In this document: positions 36,391-45,679 of the stretch, in pieces | Numbering within the stretch: position 1 is the stretch's first letter | Layout: every line of letters begins with the position of its first letter | IMG/VR virus record: IMGVR_UViG_3300019458_000022 | Reading direction: 5' to 3' (one strand) | Origin: a virus | DNA: 62,812 nucleotides | Program-made: the position numbers and the translations under genes | The notes under the pieces: generated by a model | What the model saw: the letters and a program-made list of their open reading frames with translations, nothing else | Told to the model about the DNA's origin: nothing | Database searches by the model: none

Positions 36391-36999
36391 CTACTCCTCT
36401 TCGTCTATGTCGCAGATATCGCGCCGCCTTTCCCGCGGACCTTTCACACCTCTTCTCGGTTCTTCCCCTTTCTTTCGTGCAGCCAGACTCCTGTCTTCCG
36501 GCAAATGATAAGGCAGTCCCAAGTAATCGAAGAAATCCTCTTCGTATGGAGATTGAAATACGAGTTTCCCGCTACGCCAAAAACCGTACTGGTCCAATTT
36601 TTCTCCTCTGCGTTTTGCGATTGATCGGGTGGCGACATTCCAAATCCAGTCGCCCGTGTACATGAGAATTAAACCGCCGAGTTCGTCAGGGTCATGTGCT
36701 AGATAAAGCTCAACCTTGACGCCGTCAATCCACGACCAGAGCTTCCGGTCTCCGCCCAGGTAACCCTCTTCCCGCATGATCTCGACGAAGTCGTCCACGT
36801 CCTTCGGCAGGACCACAAGCTCGATGTCGGCCGTCTCCGGTCGCTTTCTCCGGATGGAGCCCACGACCATGCTGAAATCGACGAGCGGGCGGACGGCCCG
36901 GCAGATCCGGGTCGCCAGGCGCCTGGCGCGCGCGAGCGGAATCCGCTTCTTCGGCCGGACTTCGCCGAGCATTCCCCGTTCCATCTCGTCTTCGAACAT
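36391..36999 (-). CDS. minimal DNA polymerase X (palm + thumb only)
   Basis: VGSIRR....ADIE...YTG...N...R..A...G.KL.QYG...EEDFF..LGL. Confidence 0.85.
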   Translation of the reverse strand: MFEDEMERGMLGEVRPKKRIPLARARRLATRICRAVRPLVDFSMVVGSIRRKRPETADIELVVLPKDVDDFVEIMREEGYLGGDRKLWSWIDGVKVELYLAHDPDELGGLILMYTGDWIWNVATRSIAKRRGEKLDQYGFWRSGKLVFQSPYEEDFFDYLGLPYHLPEDRSLAARKKGEEPRRGVKGPRERRRDICDIDEEE

Positions 37000-37005
37000 G
37001 GTGTC

Positions 37006-37356
37006 CTAGAATCTGTCCAGGATCTTCTCGATACTGTCCTTCGAGAGCATCTCCAGGGTGATCCCGCGCTTCTGGAGCTTCTCGATGATCCGGAAAACGA
37101 GATTCTCGTGCTTGTCCTGGAGCGCGACCGCGTCCCATTTCAGCCTCTGGGGGTCTATACCGGTCGCGCGCTTCACGTCGGCCGGGGGCGCAAGGTCGAG
37201 GAGGAGTTCGGCGAGCGCCACCGCGTAGCCGTTGTGCCTGGCGGCCACGACCGGGTTCTTGTCCTGGAGGCTCGCGTAGTGGTACCGCTGGACGGCTCCG
37301 ACTATGTGCCGGATGCCATCATCTGTCAGGAGTTTCTCGGCCGCTCCCAGGTACAC
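37006..37356 (-). CDS. hypothetical protein, paralog of 37804-38154
   Basis: ASLQD.N....HNGYA...ATG.D...QD. Confidence 0.75.
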   Translation of the reverse strand: MYLGAAEKLLTDDGIRHIVGAVQRYHYASLQDKNPVVAARHNGYAVALAELLLDLAPPADVKRATGIDPQRLKWDAVALQDKHENLVFRIIEKLQKRGITLEMLSKDSIEKILDRF

Positions 37357-37389
37357 CGCGCGTAGCCTCCCGTTCTTGGCCGCCGGTCA

Positions 37390-37794
37390 TCAGTACCAGT
37401 AAAGGATGACTGGCGTCGTCTTTTTCAGCGCTTTCAGGCGACGTATCGCGCCCCTCAAATCCTTCCAGACGAAGGGCGTATCCCTCCGTAGGGCCGAACG
37501 CGCCTCCGGGCCCGCCTCCATCACCGCGTCGTCGAGCACCTCGTAGAGCCGTCCGGCGGGCAGGTAGGAGAGCCAATCTCCGTAGGGCCCGATCTGGATG
37601 CATTCGGGCTTCTCGTCGTACTCGTGGACGAAGAACACCCGTTTCGGGATCGGTTTCGGGCTCTGTGCCTGGATCAGGTCATAGATCGCATACATTCTCG
37701 GGAATCGGATGGGATCGCTGTCCCAGTGCTGGACCTGGCCCTTCTCCGGCCAGCGCGACCTGTGGAATGGATAGAACGTCAGGTCAACTCCCAT
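37390..37794 (-). CDS. hypothetical protein
   Basis: MGVDL...PYG...VILYW. Confidence 0.65.
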   Translation of the reverse strand: MGVDLTFYPFHRSRWPEKGQVQHWDSDPIRFPRMYAIYDLIQAQSPKPIPKRVFFVHEYDEKPECIQIGPYGDWLSYLPAGRLYEVLDDAVMEAGPEARSALRRDTPFVWKDLRGAIRRLKALKKTTPVILYWY

Positions 37795-37803
37795 GTCCGG
37801 TTC

Positions 37804-38154
37804 CTAAAGATGAGAGAGCAGCTTCTCGAAAGACTCCTTGCTGATCCCGGTCAGGTCGATCCCCTTGGCCTTCAGCTTCTCCATGATCTTGAGCGCCTTT
37901 CCTTCGTGCTCGTCCTGGACGCGCATGATCTCGTCCTTGAGCGTGTTCACGTCCTCTCCGGTCGCGGCGAGAACCTGGTCAGGGGACGCCAAATCCTGGA
38001 GCTTCCAGATGATGGCGGCGGCGTAGCCGTTGTGCTTGGCGGAGACGTAGAGGTTGTCGTCCTGGAGGCTGGCGAGATGGTAGCGCTTGGCAGCCCGCAT
38101 CATCTTGCGGATGCCTTCGTCTTCGATCAGTCTCAGGTCATCGCTGAGATACAT
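37804..38154 (-). CDS. hypothetical protein, paralog of 37006-37356
   Basis: Same motif set. Confidence 0.75.
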   Translation of the reverse strand: MYLSDDLRLIEDEGIRKMMRAAKRYHLASLQDDNLYVSAKHNGYAAAIIWKLQDLASPDQVLAATGEDVNTLKDEIMRVQDEHEGKALKIMEKLKAKGIDLTGISKESFEKLLSHL

Positions 38155-38172
38155 GCTTTCCCTGGATCTCGC

Positions 38173-38736
38173 CTATGCGTAATGCCATTTGGCCACATGC
38201 TTGAGGAGCGAGACCTTCTCGCCCAGGCTCAGGCCCGTGCCGCTGATCATGGCGGCAGCCTGGTCCCACTTCCGGAGCGGAATCGTGTTCAGGTGCCAAT
38301 CTCCGGTATCGAGCGCCCGCCGGATTCGGTCGGGAGGCGCCGGAATCAGGGTCGCGACGAAGTCGATCCCGACCTCTCTCGCAAGCGCCTCGTACTTGGC
38401 AGCGTGCTCGACATCGGAAGGGGTCATCGCAGGCCGCGCAACGGGAGCACGGGGACGTTCGACGACCTCCTGGATCGCTTCCTCGCGGTAGTCGGCAAAC
38501 TCCTCCATCATCTGGTCCCTGGCCTCACGGATCTCGTCGAGCGTGTAGCGGCCTTCCACGCCCGCCATGGACTGGATCTCCTCGGCGAAACGTCTGGCGA
38601 GCGCCAGAGCCTCGCGCCTGGCCGGGACTTCGCCCCAGGCATCGCCTTCTTCTATCCAGTCGTCGAAAAGCTCCATTTTCGCGTTGTAGAGGCCCTCGAT
38701 GTTATTCACCACGTCCATGATCGTGTCGTCCGGCAT
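38173..38736 (-). CDS. hypothetical protein
   Basis: HLNTIPL.KWD...SL.E.VSLLKH. Confidence 0.65.
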   Translation of the reverse strand: MPDDTIMDVVNNIEGLYNAKMELFDDWIEEGDAWGEVPARREALALARRFAEEIQSMAGVEGRYTLDEIREARDQMMEEFADYREEAIQEVVERPRAPVARPAMTPSDVEHAAKYEALAREVGIDFVATLIPAPPDRIRRALDTGDWHLNTIPLRKWDQAAAMISGTGLSLGEKVSLLKHVAKWHYA

Positions 38737-38750
38737 ATCGCTACGCTCGC

Positions 38751-39170
38751 CTAACCGTGAAGGCCAGCGACCTTCCCCCGGCGCCGCTTGACCTCTTCCT
38801 TCGGCATCCAGACTTCCTTTGGAACGAATTCCCTGAGGAGTCCACGCGCGCCGCAGACCGGCCAGAACTCCCGGAGTTTCATGTCGGTCTCTTCGGCGGT
38901 TTTCGTCTTGAGCAACTTCCTCGCCCGGCGGATAAGATCGTCGCGGTCTCCTTGCAGGAGTTCGAGACTCGTGCATTGGCCAGCGGCGGTAAACTCAAGC
39001 TCGTCGAGACGGCGCTTCCGTTCCGCGCGTCCCATCCGCTTGTCCGTGCAGATCTTCTCGGCCTCCTCCTCCAACCTGTCGAGGCTGAACCGCGTCCAGT
39101 ACAGGTTCTCCAGCGTCAGCCACCACCAACTGGCGACCTGGCAGACCTCTTCCCAGTGGCCGCGCTTCAT
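38751..39170 (-). CDS. hypothetical protein
   Basis: SD GGAGG. Confidence 0.6.
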   Translation of the reverse strand: MKRGHWEEVCQVASWWWLTLENLYWTRFSLDRLEEEAEKICTDKRMGRAERKRRLDELEFTAAGQCTSLELLQGDRDDLIRRARKLLKTKTAEETDMKLREFWPVCGARGLLREFVPKEVWMPKEEVKRRRGKVAGLHG

Positions 39171-39181
39171 GGTCCTCCAGG

Positions 39182-39412
39182 CTAGTCCAGGAACTCCACC
39201 CGCTGGTCTCGGAACTCCTCGCCGATCACCTCCACTTCGCGCCCGAGGACGACGCCGCCTTCGGCCTCGTACATGTTCCAGAACTGCCGGTGGTCGAAGT
39301 TGACGACGATGATCGGTCGCTTCCGGCGCTTGGTCTTGACGAACATCTGGACGATCGTCCCGTGATCGACGATGTCGGTTACCTTGCCCGTGATCCTCGC
39401 GGGTCGGGCCAT
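39182..39412 (-). CDS. small beta-barrel-like protein
   Basis: SD GAGG. Confidence 0.6.
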   Translation of the reverse strand: MARPARITGKVTDIVDHGTIVQMFVKTKRRKRPIIVVNFDHRQFWNMYEAEGGVVLGREVEVIGEEFRDQRVEFLD

Positions 39413-39415
39413 CGG

Positions 39416-40594
39416 TTACCTCGTCCTCAGGAGATGGCTGCCTCCGAAGAACTGGTCGATGTATCCCATCGACCGCCCCATCGGGCTCACAAGCCCGGCG
39501 ACCTGGAGGCGCAGGCCCTTGGCGACGGCATGGGGCGGAGGACCCGGAGGGCGTGGAGGCGCGGTGATGAAGGGAGGAGGCGTCTCCCCTTCCTCGGTCA
39601 TGATCGAGATGATGAGCGCGTTCTGCTGCGCTTCCGACATCGCCAGGAACTTCTCGGGCGTGAGGCCGTGTTCGTGGAGGTTTTCGTTGTAATCGACCAC
39701 GAACTCCTGGATGAACTCCTGGCGCTCCTCCAGTTGCTCCTGGTGCGCCTCCAGGGACTCCTCATAGGCTTCCTCGGCCGCTTCCTCGGCCGGGCTGACC
39801 GCGGGCGCGGCCGGGGCCGCGGGCGGTGGCGGAGCGGCTGGTGGCGCCGCGGGCGGCTTGGGCGAGATGTACGCGGTCGGGATCGGCTGTGGGGAGACCA
39901 TGACCCGGCCCATCCCGTGGAAATAGGCCGCGTCGATCGCGCCCATCATGCGACCGCGGGAGTTGTTGCCGTAGATGTTCCCGACCTCGCGCATGAGTCC
40001 CTTCACCTGGGGCGGCGGCTGCGGTACCGGCTTCACGGTGCCGGGTGGAGGCGCCACGATGAAGGGCGGAATCGGGTCCTTATACTCGCTCATGAGCGCG
40101 ATGATGACCGCGTTTTGTTCCGGCTCGGTCATCGCCAGGAACTGGTCCTTCGTGATCCCGCGGTCCGTGAGATCTTCGCCGTACTCCTGGAGAAATTCCT
40201 GGATGAACTCCGCGCGCATTTCGCGTAGCTCCTCCAGTTGCTCGGCGGTGACGCCGGGAGGGGCGCCCGGAGGAGGCGGAGCCTCGGGCTCCTCGTCCTT
40301 CGCTTCCGGAGGAGGCGCGCCTGGAGGGGGAGGCGCGCCGGGCGCTCCAGGAGCGCCCGGAACGCGGCCCATGACGTCCTCTTCCGGCATCTCCTCATCC
40401 TCTTCGTCTTCCTCCTCGCCGGGGAGGAGCCCCGGGGCTCCCGGGGCCGCCTTCGCTGCCAGATCGACGGCTCGCTTCCGGAGGAAGAAGTAGGCACCGG
40501 TTCCGATCGCGGCGACCCCTGCGCCCATGGCGATCCATCCCCAGGTGGGGATGCCCTTGGACTTCCCGGCGCCCTTTCCGTTCGTCTTGCTCAT
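39416..40594 (-). CDS. membrane-anchored Pro/Glu-rich protein with a duplicated domain
   Basis: N-terminal TM helix; two copies of EFIQEF...G.T...FLAM.E..QNA.II. Confidence 0.75.
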   Translation of the reverse strand: MSKTNGKGAGKSKGIPTWGWIAMGAGVAAIGTGAYFFLRKRAVDLAAKAAPGAPGLLPGEEEDEEDEEMPEEDVMGRVPGAPGAPGAPPPPGAPPPEAKDEEPEAPPPPGAPPGVTAEQLEELREMRAEFIQEFLQEYGEDLTDRGITKDQFLAMTEPEQNAVIIALMSEYKDPIPPFIVAPPPGTVKPVPQPPPQVKGLMREVGNIYGNNSRGRMMGAIDAAYFHGMGRVMVSPQPIPTAYISPKPPAAPPAAPPPPAAPAAPAVSPAEEAAEEAYEESLEAHQEQLEERQEFIQEFVVDYNENLHEHGLTPEKFLAMSEAQQNALIISIMTEEGETPPPFITAPPRPPGPPPHAVAKGLRLQVAGLVSPMGRSMGYIDQFFGGSHLLRTR

Positions 40595-40606
40595 AGCGGC
40601 TCCCAG

Positions 40607-41419
40607 TCACATTTCGTCGATCGCAACCTGATAGGTCCCGGCGAAGTAGTCGGCCAGATCCTCCCGCATCGGACGGAAGGCGCCGGGTTCTCGCGTGTCG
40701 ATGGGGATGATCCAGAGAAGGACGCCCTGGTAGAGGCATCCGGGTTCGTTCGGGAAATGCTTGTCGCAGAAGATCCGGAACTCCTCAAGCGGTATGGGCT
40801 GGGCCAGAATCCATTCGTACTTGTCGTCCGACCAGCGCCCCTGCGGGAACGTGGCCGGATCTCGCCGTTTCCAGGCTTCGGCCGTGTCGAGACCGACCGC
40901 GACGACCGTGGGCTCGTAGAAGCCCTTTTGGATCTTCCTGTAGTCGATGGCCTCCGGCGCCCGCATGAAGGTGATCGGCTCGAAGACTTCCATGAGGATG
41001 ATGTCGCCCTCGATCCCGACGATCTTCCCTGGGAAGTTCTTGATCGCCATGACGTGCTCGGGATCGTCCTCGGTGTACTCCGTGAGCCTGCCCCGCTTGG
41101 GCATGATCTCCAGGTCACGCCAGTAGGCCCAGAGGCATTGGATCTTCCCATCCATGTCGAGGCAGTTGTCGGCGATCATCTGCTCGTAGAGCGCGCTCGT
41201 CTTCTCCTTGTCGAGGCCAAGACGGCGGGCGTGCTCCTCGAACGATACGGGCTCGTCGAGCTTGACGAAGAAGACCGCCCCCGGGCCGACACCGCCTTGG
41301 CGGGCGATCTTCCCGGTATAGTTCAGGCCGTGGAACGTCCAGGTGACCGGCATCCCCGCGGGCGTATAGCCCCGGAGCGCCTCGATCACCTTCCTGATCC
41401 TGGCTTTTTCAGACGCCAT
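40607..41419 (-). CDS. hypothetical protein
   Basis: SD GGAGG; strong GC3 bias. Confidence 0.7.
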   Translation of the reverse strand: MASEKARIRKVIEALRGYTPAGMPVTWTFHGLNYTGKIARQGGVGPGAVFFVKLDEPVSFEEHARRLGLDKEKTSALYEQMIADNCLDMDGKIQCLWAYWRDLEIMPKRGRLTEYTEDDPEHVMAIKNFPGKIVGIEGDIILMEVFEPITFMRAPEAIDYRKIQKGFYEPTVVAVGLDTAEAWKRRDPATFPQGRWSDDKYEWILAQPIPLEEFRIFCDKHFPNEPGCLYQGVLLWIIPIDTREPGAFRPMREDLADYFAGTYQVAIDEM

Positions 41420-41486
41420 AGGGACGGACTCCTCCTTGGTAATTGTAATAATTTTCTCATTTAAGGCCAACGGAAAAGTAGAGCCG

Positions 41487-42071
41487 TCAGGCCGTGACCG
41501 CCATCGGACGGTCCACTCCCCTTTCGATCCATTCGACCTCTCCGATCTTCTTGATCCCGATGGCCAGGATCTCGACTGGGGCGCCTTTCTTGAGAAGGAT
41601 CTCCGCTTCCTCTTCCCCGAGGCCGGGATCTAGGTTCTTGAGGAGCGTCTCGGGGATGTCGATCGCGCTCAGGCGGACACGGCCTTTCACGAGCACCTCC
41701 TGGGGGCCCTCTCCCCAGTGGCATTCGGCCAGGTCTTGGTTCCAGGCCCAGAATATGCCGATTCCAGCATATTTCGGGTCCGTGACGCCGCTCGCGACCA
41801 TGAACGCGAACTCGTACGGATCGACGATCCCGAGGCAGCGGTAGACGACGAGCTTCCCATCCTCTTCCTCGGCGTTCTCGAAGAAGTCCCTCTCGAAGGT
41901 CGGCCACCGCTCGTCAAGCCACGTTTCGATGAGTTCGCGGTCCGAAAGCTCCCCATACGCTTCCGGAAATTCACGGAGATGGGCGAGCACATCTCCTGCC
42001 ATGAGTTCCCTTTCGATCGTCCGCTCGCTCACCCGCGTGAACGCATCCCATAGCTCTACGACGGCGCCCAT
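41487..42071 (-). CDS. ADP-ribosyltransferase-like protein
   Basis: VYRC...GIGIFWAW...EEEAEILL. Confidence 0.55.
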   Translation of the reverse strand: MGAVVELWDAFTRVSERTIERELMAGDVLAHLREFPEAYGELSDRELIETWLDERWPTFERDFFENAEEEDGKLVVYRCLGIVDPYEFAFMVASGVTDPKYAGIGIFWAWNQDLAECHWGEGPQEVLVKGRVRLSAIDIPETLLKNLDPGLGEEEAEILLKKGAPVEILAIGIKKIGEVEWIERGVDRPMAVTA

Positions 42072-42230
42072 GGACCTCCCACCTCTACAAGCGCCGACCG
42101 AGGATGATCCAGCCGAACGGCGTCCGCGCAAGCCAGAAGAGCGCCTCCACGAAATGGATGCGCCACTGATAGCCCTGGCGGCTCGTCGTGCGCCGGATGT
42201 GCGCATGGACCTCGTAAAAGGGAGTCCTCC

Positions 42231-43055
42231 TCATGCGCCCTCCTCGATGAGCGTCTTTGCGGTGAAATCCAGGAGTTCACGGAGGATCTCGCCCTTCCGC
42301 TCTTCTCGAACGATTTCCCAGTGTTTCCGCCACTTGGCGCGGTTGGCCCAATCCACGTTTTCGTGAATCTTCTGGAGCGCCAGAAGGACGTCGTAGACGA
42401 AGTCGCCCGCGATCCCGCCAAGGTCCGTCCGGAGCGCCTCATCGACCTCCTTGGCCGATGGAGGCCCATTCTCAGAATGCTCTGAGAGCCAGCTTAGAAG
42501 CTGCCTGGCTGCCGGGACCTCATTCCACGAGAGGACGATGTAGCGGTCGTACCAGCCGGGTTTACGGTGGTAGATCTTCGAGAACGGTTTCCCGACGACC
42601 TGGGCGGCTACTTCATCGGCATCCATGCCGGTCGCGTCGAGGAAGCCCTCCCAGAGGAAACCGAGGTGGTTCCCGTAACGGTTGTCCTGGGCGAACTCGA
42701 CAGCCCGCTCGATGTCTCGGTCGGTGGGCGTCCCCGCTTCCTCGTACATGTACTGCATCGCATCAACGAACGCCTGGCGGGTCGATTCGAGCGTCGGATC
42801 TCCCTTTTTCGCGGCCTCGGCCGCGCGGCCGAGATCCTCCTGCGTGAGGACTCCCCACCGTTTCCTGGCCATCCGACCGCGGGCGGGCTTGACGATCTCT
42901 GCGAGATAGTCCATGACGTCGTCGGCCTTGAGCGATGCCCAGTCGTTCCAAACGGCATCCGCGACGAGTTCCCCGAATCTCTCCTCGTACGACCAGGGCT
43001 TCCAACCCTCTTCCTCGACGAGGTTGACCCTGATCGTCGGCAGGCGTTTGGCCAT
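42231..43055 (-). CDS. hypothetical protein, internal RKRW
   Basis: RMARKRWG. Confidence 0.7.
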   Translation of the reverse strand: MAKRLPTIRVNLVEEEGWKPWSYEERFGELVADAVWNDWASLKADDVMDYLAEIVKPARGRMARKRWGVLTQEDLGRAAEAAKKGDPTLESTRQAFVDAMQYMYEEAGTPTDRDIERAVEFAQDNRYGNHLGFLWEGFLDATGMDADEVAAQVVGKPFSKIYHRKPGWYDRYIVLSWNEVPAARQLLSWLSEHSENGPPSAKEVDEALRTDLGGIAGDFVYDVLLALQKIHENVDWANRAKWRKHWEIVREERKGEILRELLDFTAKTLIEEGA

Positions 43056-43058
43056 CGC

Positions 43059-43529
43059 TCACCGCTGGGCCAAATACTCCGGGAGAGCATCTCTCGTTCC
43101 GTCCGCGTGGATAAGCTCCTGGGAGACCGGTTCGCCCATCCTGTCGAAAATGGTCCTGATCGTCGTGTAGGCCACGGGTCCGCCGGGCGGGAACGAGATC
43201 CTTAGAATGTATTCCTGGCCGAATTCGGCCCCGAGGATCATGCCGAGCCAGAGCACCTTGTCCGAAAACCGGTGCCAGAGCCTCACGGTCGGACAGCAGT
43301 TGATAAGAACGATAGCGAGCGTCGGTTCAGGCTCATCAAACCATCGCCCGTGGACCGGCACCGCCGAATAGCTGTCGAAAAGCGTATCGACGAAGGCCAT
43401 GACCTCCTCCTCGGAGGCCAGGTGGTCCTTCACCTGGGACGCGCGGGAGACGAGGAGGATCTCCATCCCCTCCTGGTTCTTGAGCGAGCCAAGAAGGCCG
43501 TCCACGAGACCGTCCAGGAGAGCGCTCAT
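43059..43529 (-). CDS. hypothetical protein
   Basis: ATGA-coupled. Confidence 0.6.
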   Translation of the reverse strand: MSALLDGLVDGLLGSLKNQEGMEILLVSRASQVKDHLASEEEVMAFVDTLFDSYSAVPVHGRWFDEPEPTLAIVLINCCPTVRLWHRFSDKVLWLGMILGAEFGQEYILRISFPPGGPVAYTTIRTIFDRMGEPVSQELIHADGTRDALPEYLAQR

Positions 43530-43912
43530 GGGGCCGCTTTCCGCTCGCGGCGCCACCGGCCGCCGCCCACGAACGCGGCCTCGGCTTCCCGGTCCTCCGG
43601 GGGAACCCACCGGTGGAACCGCATTCCCGGGCCGATCTCCAGGATCTGGTGGCGCCGGAAGAAATAGCGGTCCGCCTCCTCGTGGCTCAGGTGCTCGACG
43701 GCCTCGCATTCCCAGCCCTCAAGACCCAGGCCGTAGCCCGGATAATCCGGGTTGGGAACGGCCGAGAACTTCGAGGCGCCCGACAGGATCTCCCGGCGGA
43801 TCTTGAGCCGTTCTTCCCGGGTGAACTCCGGGATGCGCCGGAGCCTGTCGCGCTCCTCCTCGGAGAGACCTTCCAGCCTCTCCATGAGACGCCTGAAGAC
43901 GGCCTCGCTCAT
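43526..43912 (-). CDS. hypothetical protein (leaderless)
   Basis: ATG 8 nt after the -10 box. Confidence 0.6.
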   Translation of the reverse strand: MSEAVFRRLMERLEGLSEEERDRLRRIPEFTREERLKIRREILSGASKFSAVPNPDYPGYGLGLEGWECEAVEHLSHEEADRYFFRRHQILEIGPGMRFHRWVPPEDREAEAAFVGGGRWRRERKAAP

Positions 43913-43920
43913 ACCATCAT

Positions 43921-43948
43921 ATGATAACACTTGTTCACATATTGTCAA
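43921..43948 (-). promoter_or_regulatory. sigma70 promoter sharing ACAAGTGTTA with the cas12m promoter
   Basis: TTGACA-16 bp-TATCAT. Confidence 0.7.
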
Positions 43949-44174
43949 CGCTGGCGCTCCCGGAGGACGCTGGCGGCGGCGGATGCGGGCATGATGGCCT
44001 CGCATCCCTTCAGGTACTCCCCTTCCAGGAAGCGGACGCCGAAGACCTCGCGTTCCGGGTCGAAGAAGACCTCGACCGGCCACTGCTGGGCCGGGTTACC
44101 CTGGGCGTCGTTCAGGACGAGCGCGGTCGGCTCGACCACCGGTTTCAGGCTGTTCATCCTCTCCTCCTTCCAGG

Positions 44175-44933
44175 CTATCCGACCCTGAGGTCCAGGTAGT
44201 CCGCGAGCGCGTCGAGCGTCTTCGCCGCGTGGGCGACCTTCGCCTTGAAGTCGGGGTTGTCGATCTTCTTCCTCATGTCGTCGAAGAACTTCGCGACCTC
44301 CCGGAACTGGGCGACGCCGTCCCCGAAGCTGTCCTTGAACGAGGCCAGCCCATGGAGCGCCTGCTGGAGGTCCCCGTTCTTCCCGATCGCTTTTTCGATC
44401 TCGGTAAGCGCGTGCTCGACCTTGCTGAAGTCGCGTTCCTTGAAGGCCGAGACGATCTCCTTCATGTCGGCGAAGACCTGCTTCACGTCCTCGATGAAGG
44501 GCTTGAGATCCTTGGCGTCCGTGATCAGGCCCTTGAGTTCCAGGATCATCGGCTTGAGTTCCCTATCGGCCCATTCCTTGGCGTCCTGCATCCCCTTCTG
44601 CATCTTGTAGGTGAGCCGGAGGCCCTCGATGTTGAGGAGCTTCATCGGCCAGACGAAGACGAGCGTGAAGATGCACGCCCAGAGGAGGCCACCGATGATG
44701 ACGACCGAGCCGTTCATGGTCGTCAGCCGGTGGATGCCCTCGACCGAAAGCACCCGCCAGATGAAGTAGGTCTCGATGACGATGAAGTTGAGCGCGAAGA
44801 CGAAGAGGATGGTCAGGGTCTTCTTGACCGGGACCTTGGAAAGGATGGCCTCGACCTGGCGGTCTTCCTCGGTCTTCGTTTCCTGGTCCTGGACGATCTT
44901 CTTCTCTTCCATCGTTTCCGTCTCCTCTTCCAA
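44175..44933 (-). CDS. two-TM coiled-coil membrane protein
   Basis: Two hydrophobic helices and an amphipathic heptad region. Confidence 0.7.
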   Translation of the reverse strand: MEEETETMEEKKIVQDQETKTEEDRQVEAILSKVPVKKTLTILFVFALNFIVIETYFIWRVLSVEGIHRLTTMNGSVVIIGGLLWACIFTLVFVWPMKLLNIEGLRLTYKMQKGMQDAKEWADRELKPMILELKGLITDAKDLKPFIEDVKQVFADMKEIVSAFKERDFSKVEHALTEIEKAIGKNGDLQQALHGLASFKDSFGDGVAQFREVAKFFDDMRKKIDNPDFKAKVAHAAKTLDALADYLDLRVG

Positions 44934-44961
44934 TATCCGCCGGACTCGCCCGCCCGGCGCC

Positions 44962-45288
44962 CTAGACCTTCCGGAACAATTCCTGCGTGACCCCCTTGAC
45001 GAGTCCGTCGCCCTTCATCTGCCCGCAGAACGGGCACTTCCCCGCGACCGAACGGAGCGCCTCGATCTCCTTCCGGGTCGCCAGGCGCTCCTCGTCGCGC
45101 GACTCGACGTACTTCGACCCGGCCTGCGTGAGCAGATGCCTCACGAAGAGCGGATCGGCCTCAAGCTGGTCGGGCTTGGTCACGAGCCGCCATTCGCCGC
45201 TGTCCGGGTTGTAATAGATCCGGATCTCGACGTAGTACTCGAACTCCTCGCCGTCTTCAAGGACGACGACGGTCGGAGGTTTATCCAT
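44962..45288 (-). CDS. hypothetical protein
   Basis: SD AGGAG. Confidence 0.6.
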   Translation of the reverse strand: MDKPPTVVVLEDGEEFEYYVEIRIYYNPDSGEWRLVTKPDQLEADPLFVRHLLTQAGSKYVESRDEERLATRKEIEALRSVAGKCPFCGQMKGDGLVKGVTQELFRKV

Positions 45289-45315
45289 CCGTTTTCTCCT
45301 CTTCCTTCCGGATGC

Positions 45316-45663
45316 CTATCGCCAACCGCCCAGACGCCCCATCGGCGTTACAAGGCCCATGCGCCCGAAGCCCTTGACCGTGCTCGGCGCGATCTTCTCC
45401 TGCTCCTTCGTCCCCTTCGCCTTCGCCTCCTCCTCGGCGCGGCGGCGGAGGCCCACGGCCTTACCCTTGATCCTCTCCAGCCGCACCGGATCGAGCGCTC
45501 TTGAGACCTTCTCCTGCTTCTCGGCCGGAAGCTCGACCATGGCCTCGGCCAGGGCGTCTTCGAGCTTCTCCTCGCGCTTCTTGGCGATCCCGTGGGCGAC
45601 GGCCGCGCCTCCCACCGCCGATGCCACGGCGATTCCCGCGGGGATCAAAAAGGGGATGACCAT
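45316..45663 (-). CDS. membrane-anchored small protein
   Basis: N-terminal hydrophobic helix; GFGRMG/MGRLG tail. Confidence 0.65.
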   Translation of the reverse strand: MVIPFLIPAGIAVASAVGGAAVAHGIAKKREEKLEDALAEAMVELPAEKQEKVSRALDPVRLERIKGKAVGLRRRAEEEAKAKGTKEQEKIAPSTVKGFGRMGLVTPMGRLGGWR

Positions 45664-45679
45664 GGTGACGCCTCCGCAA

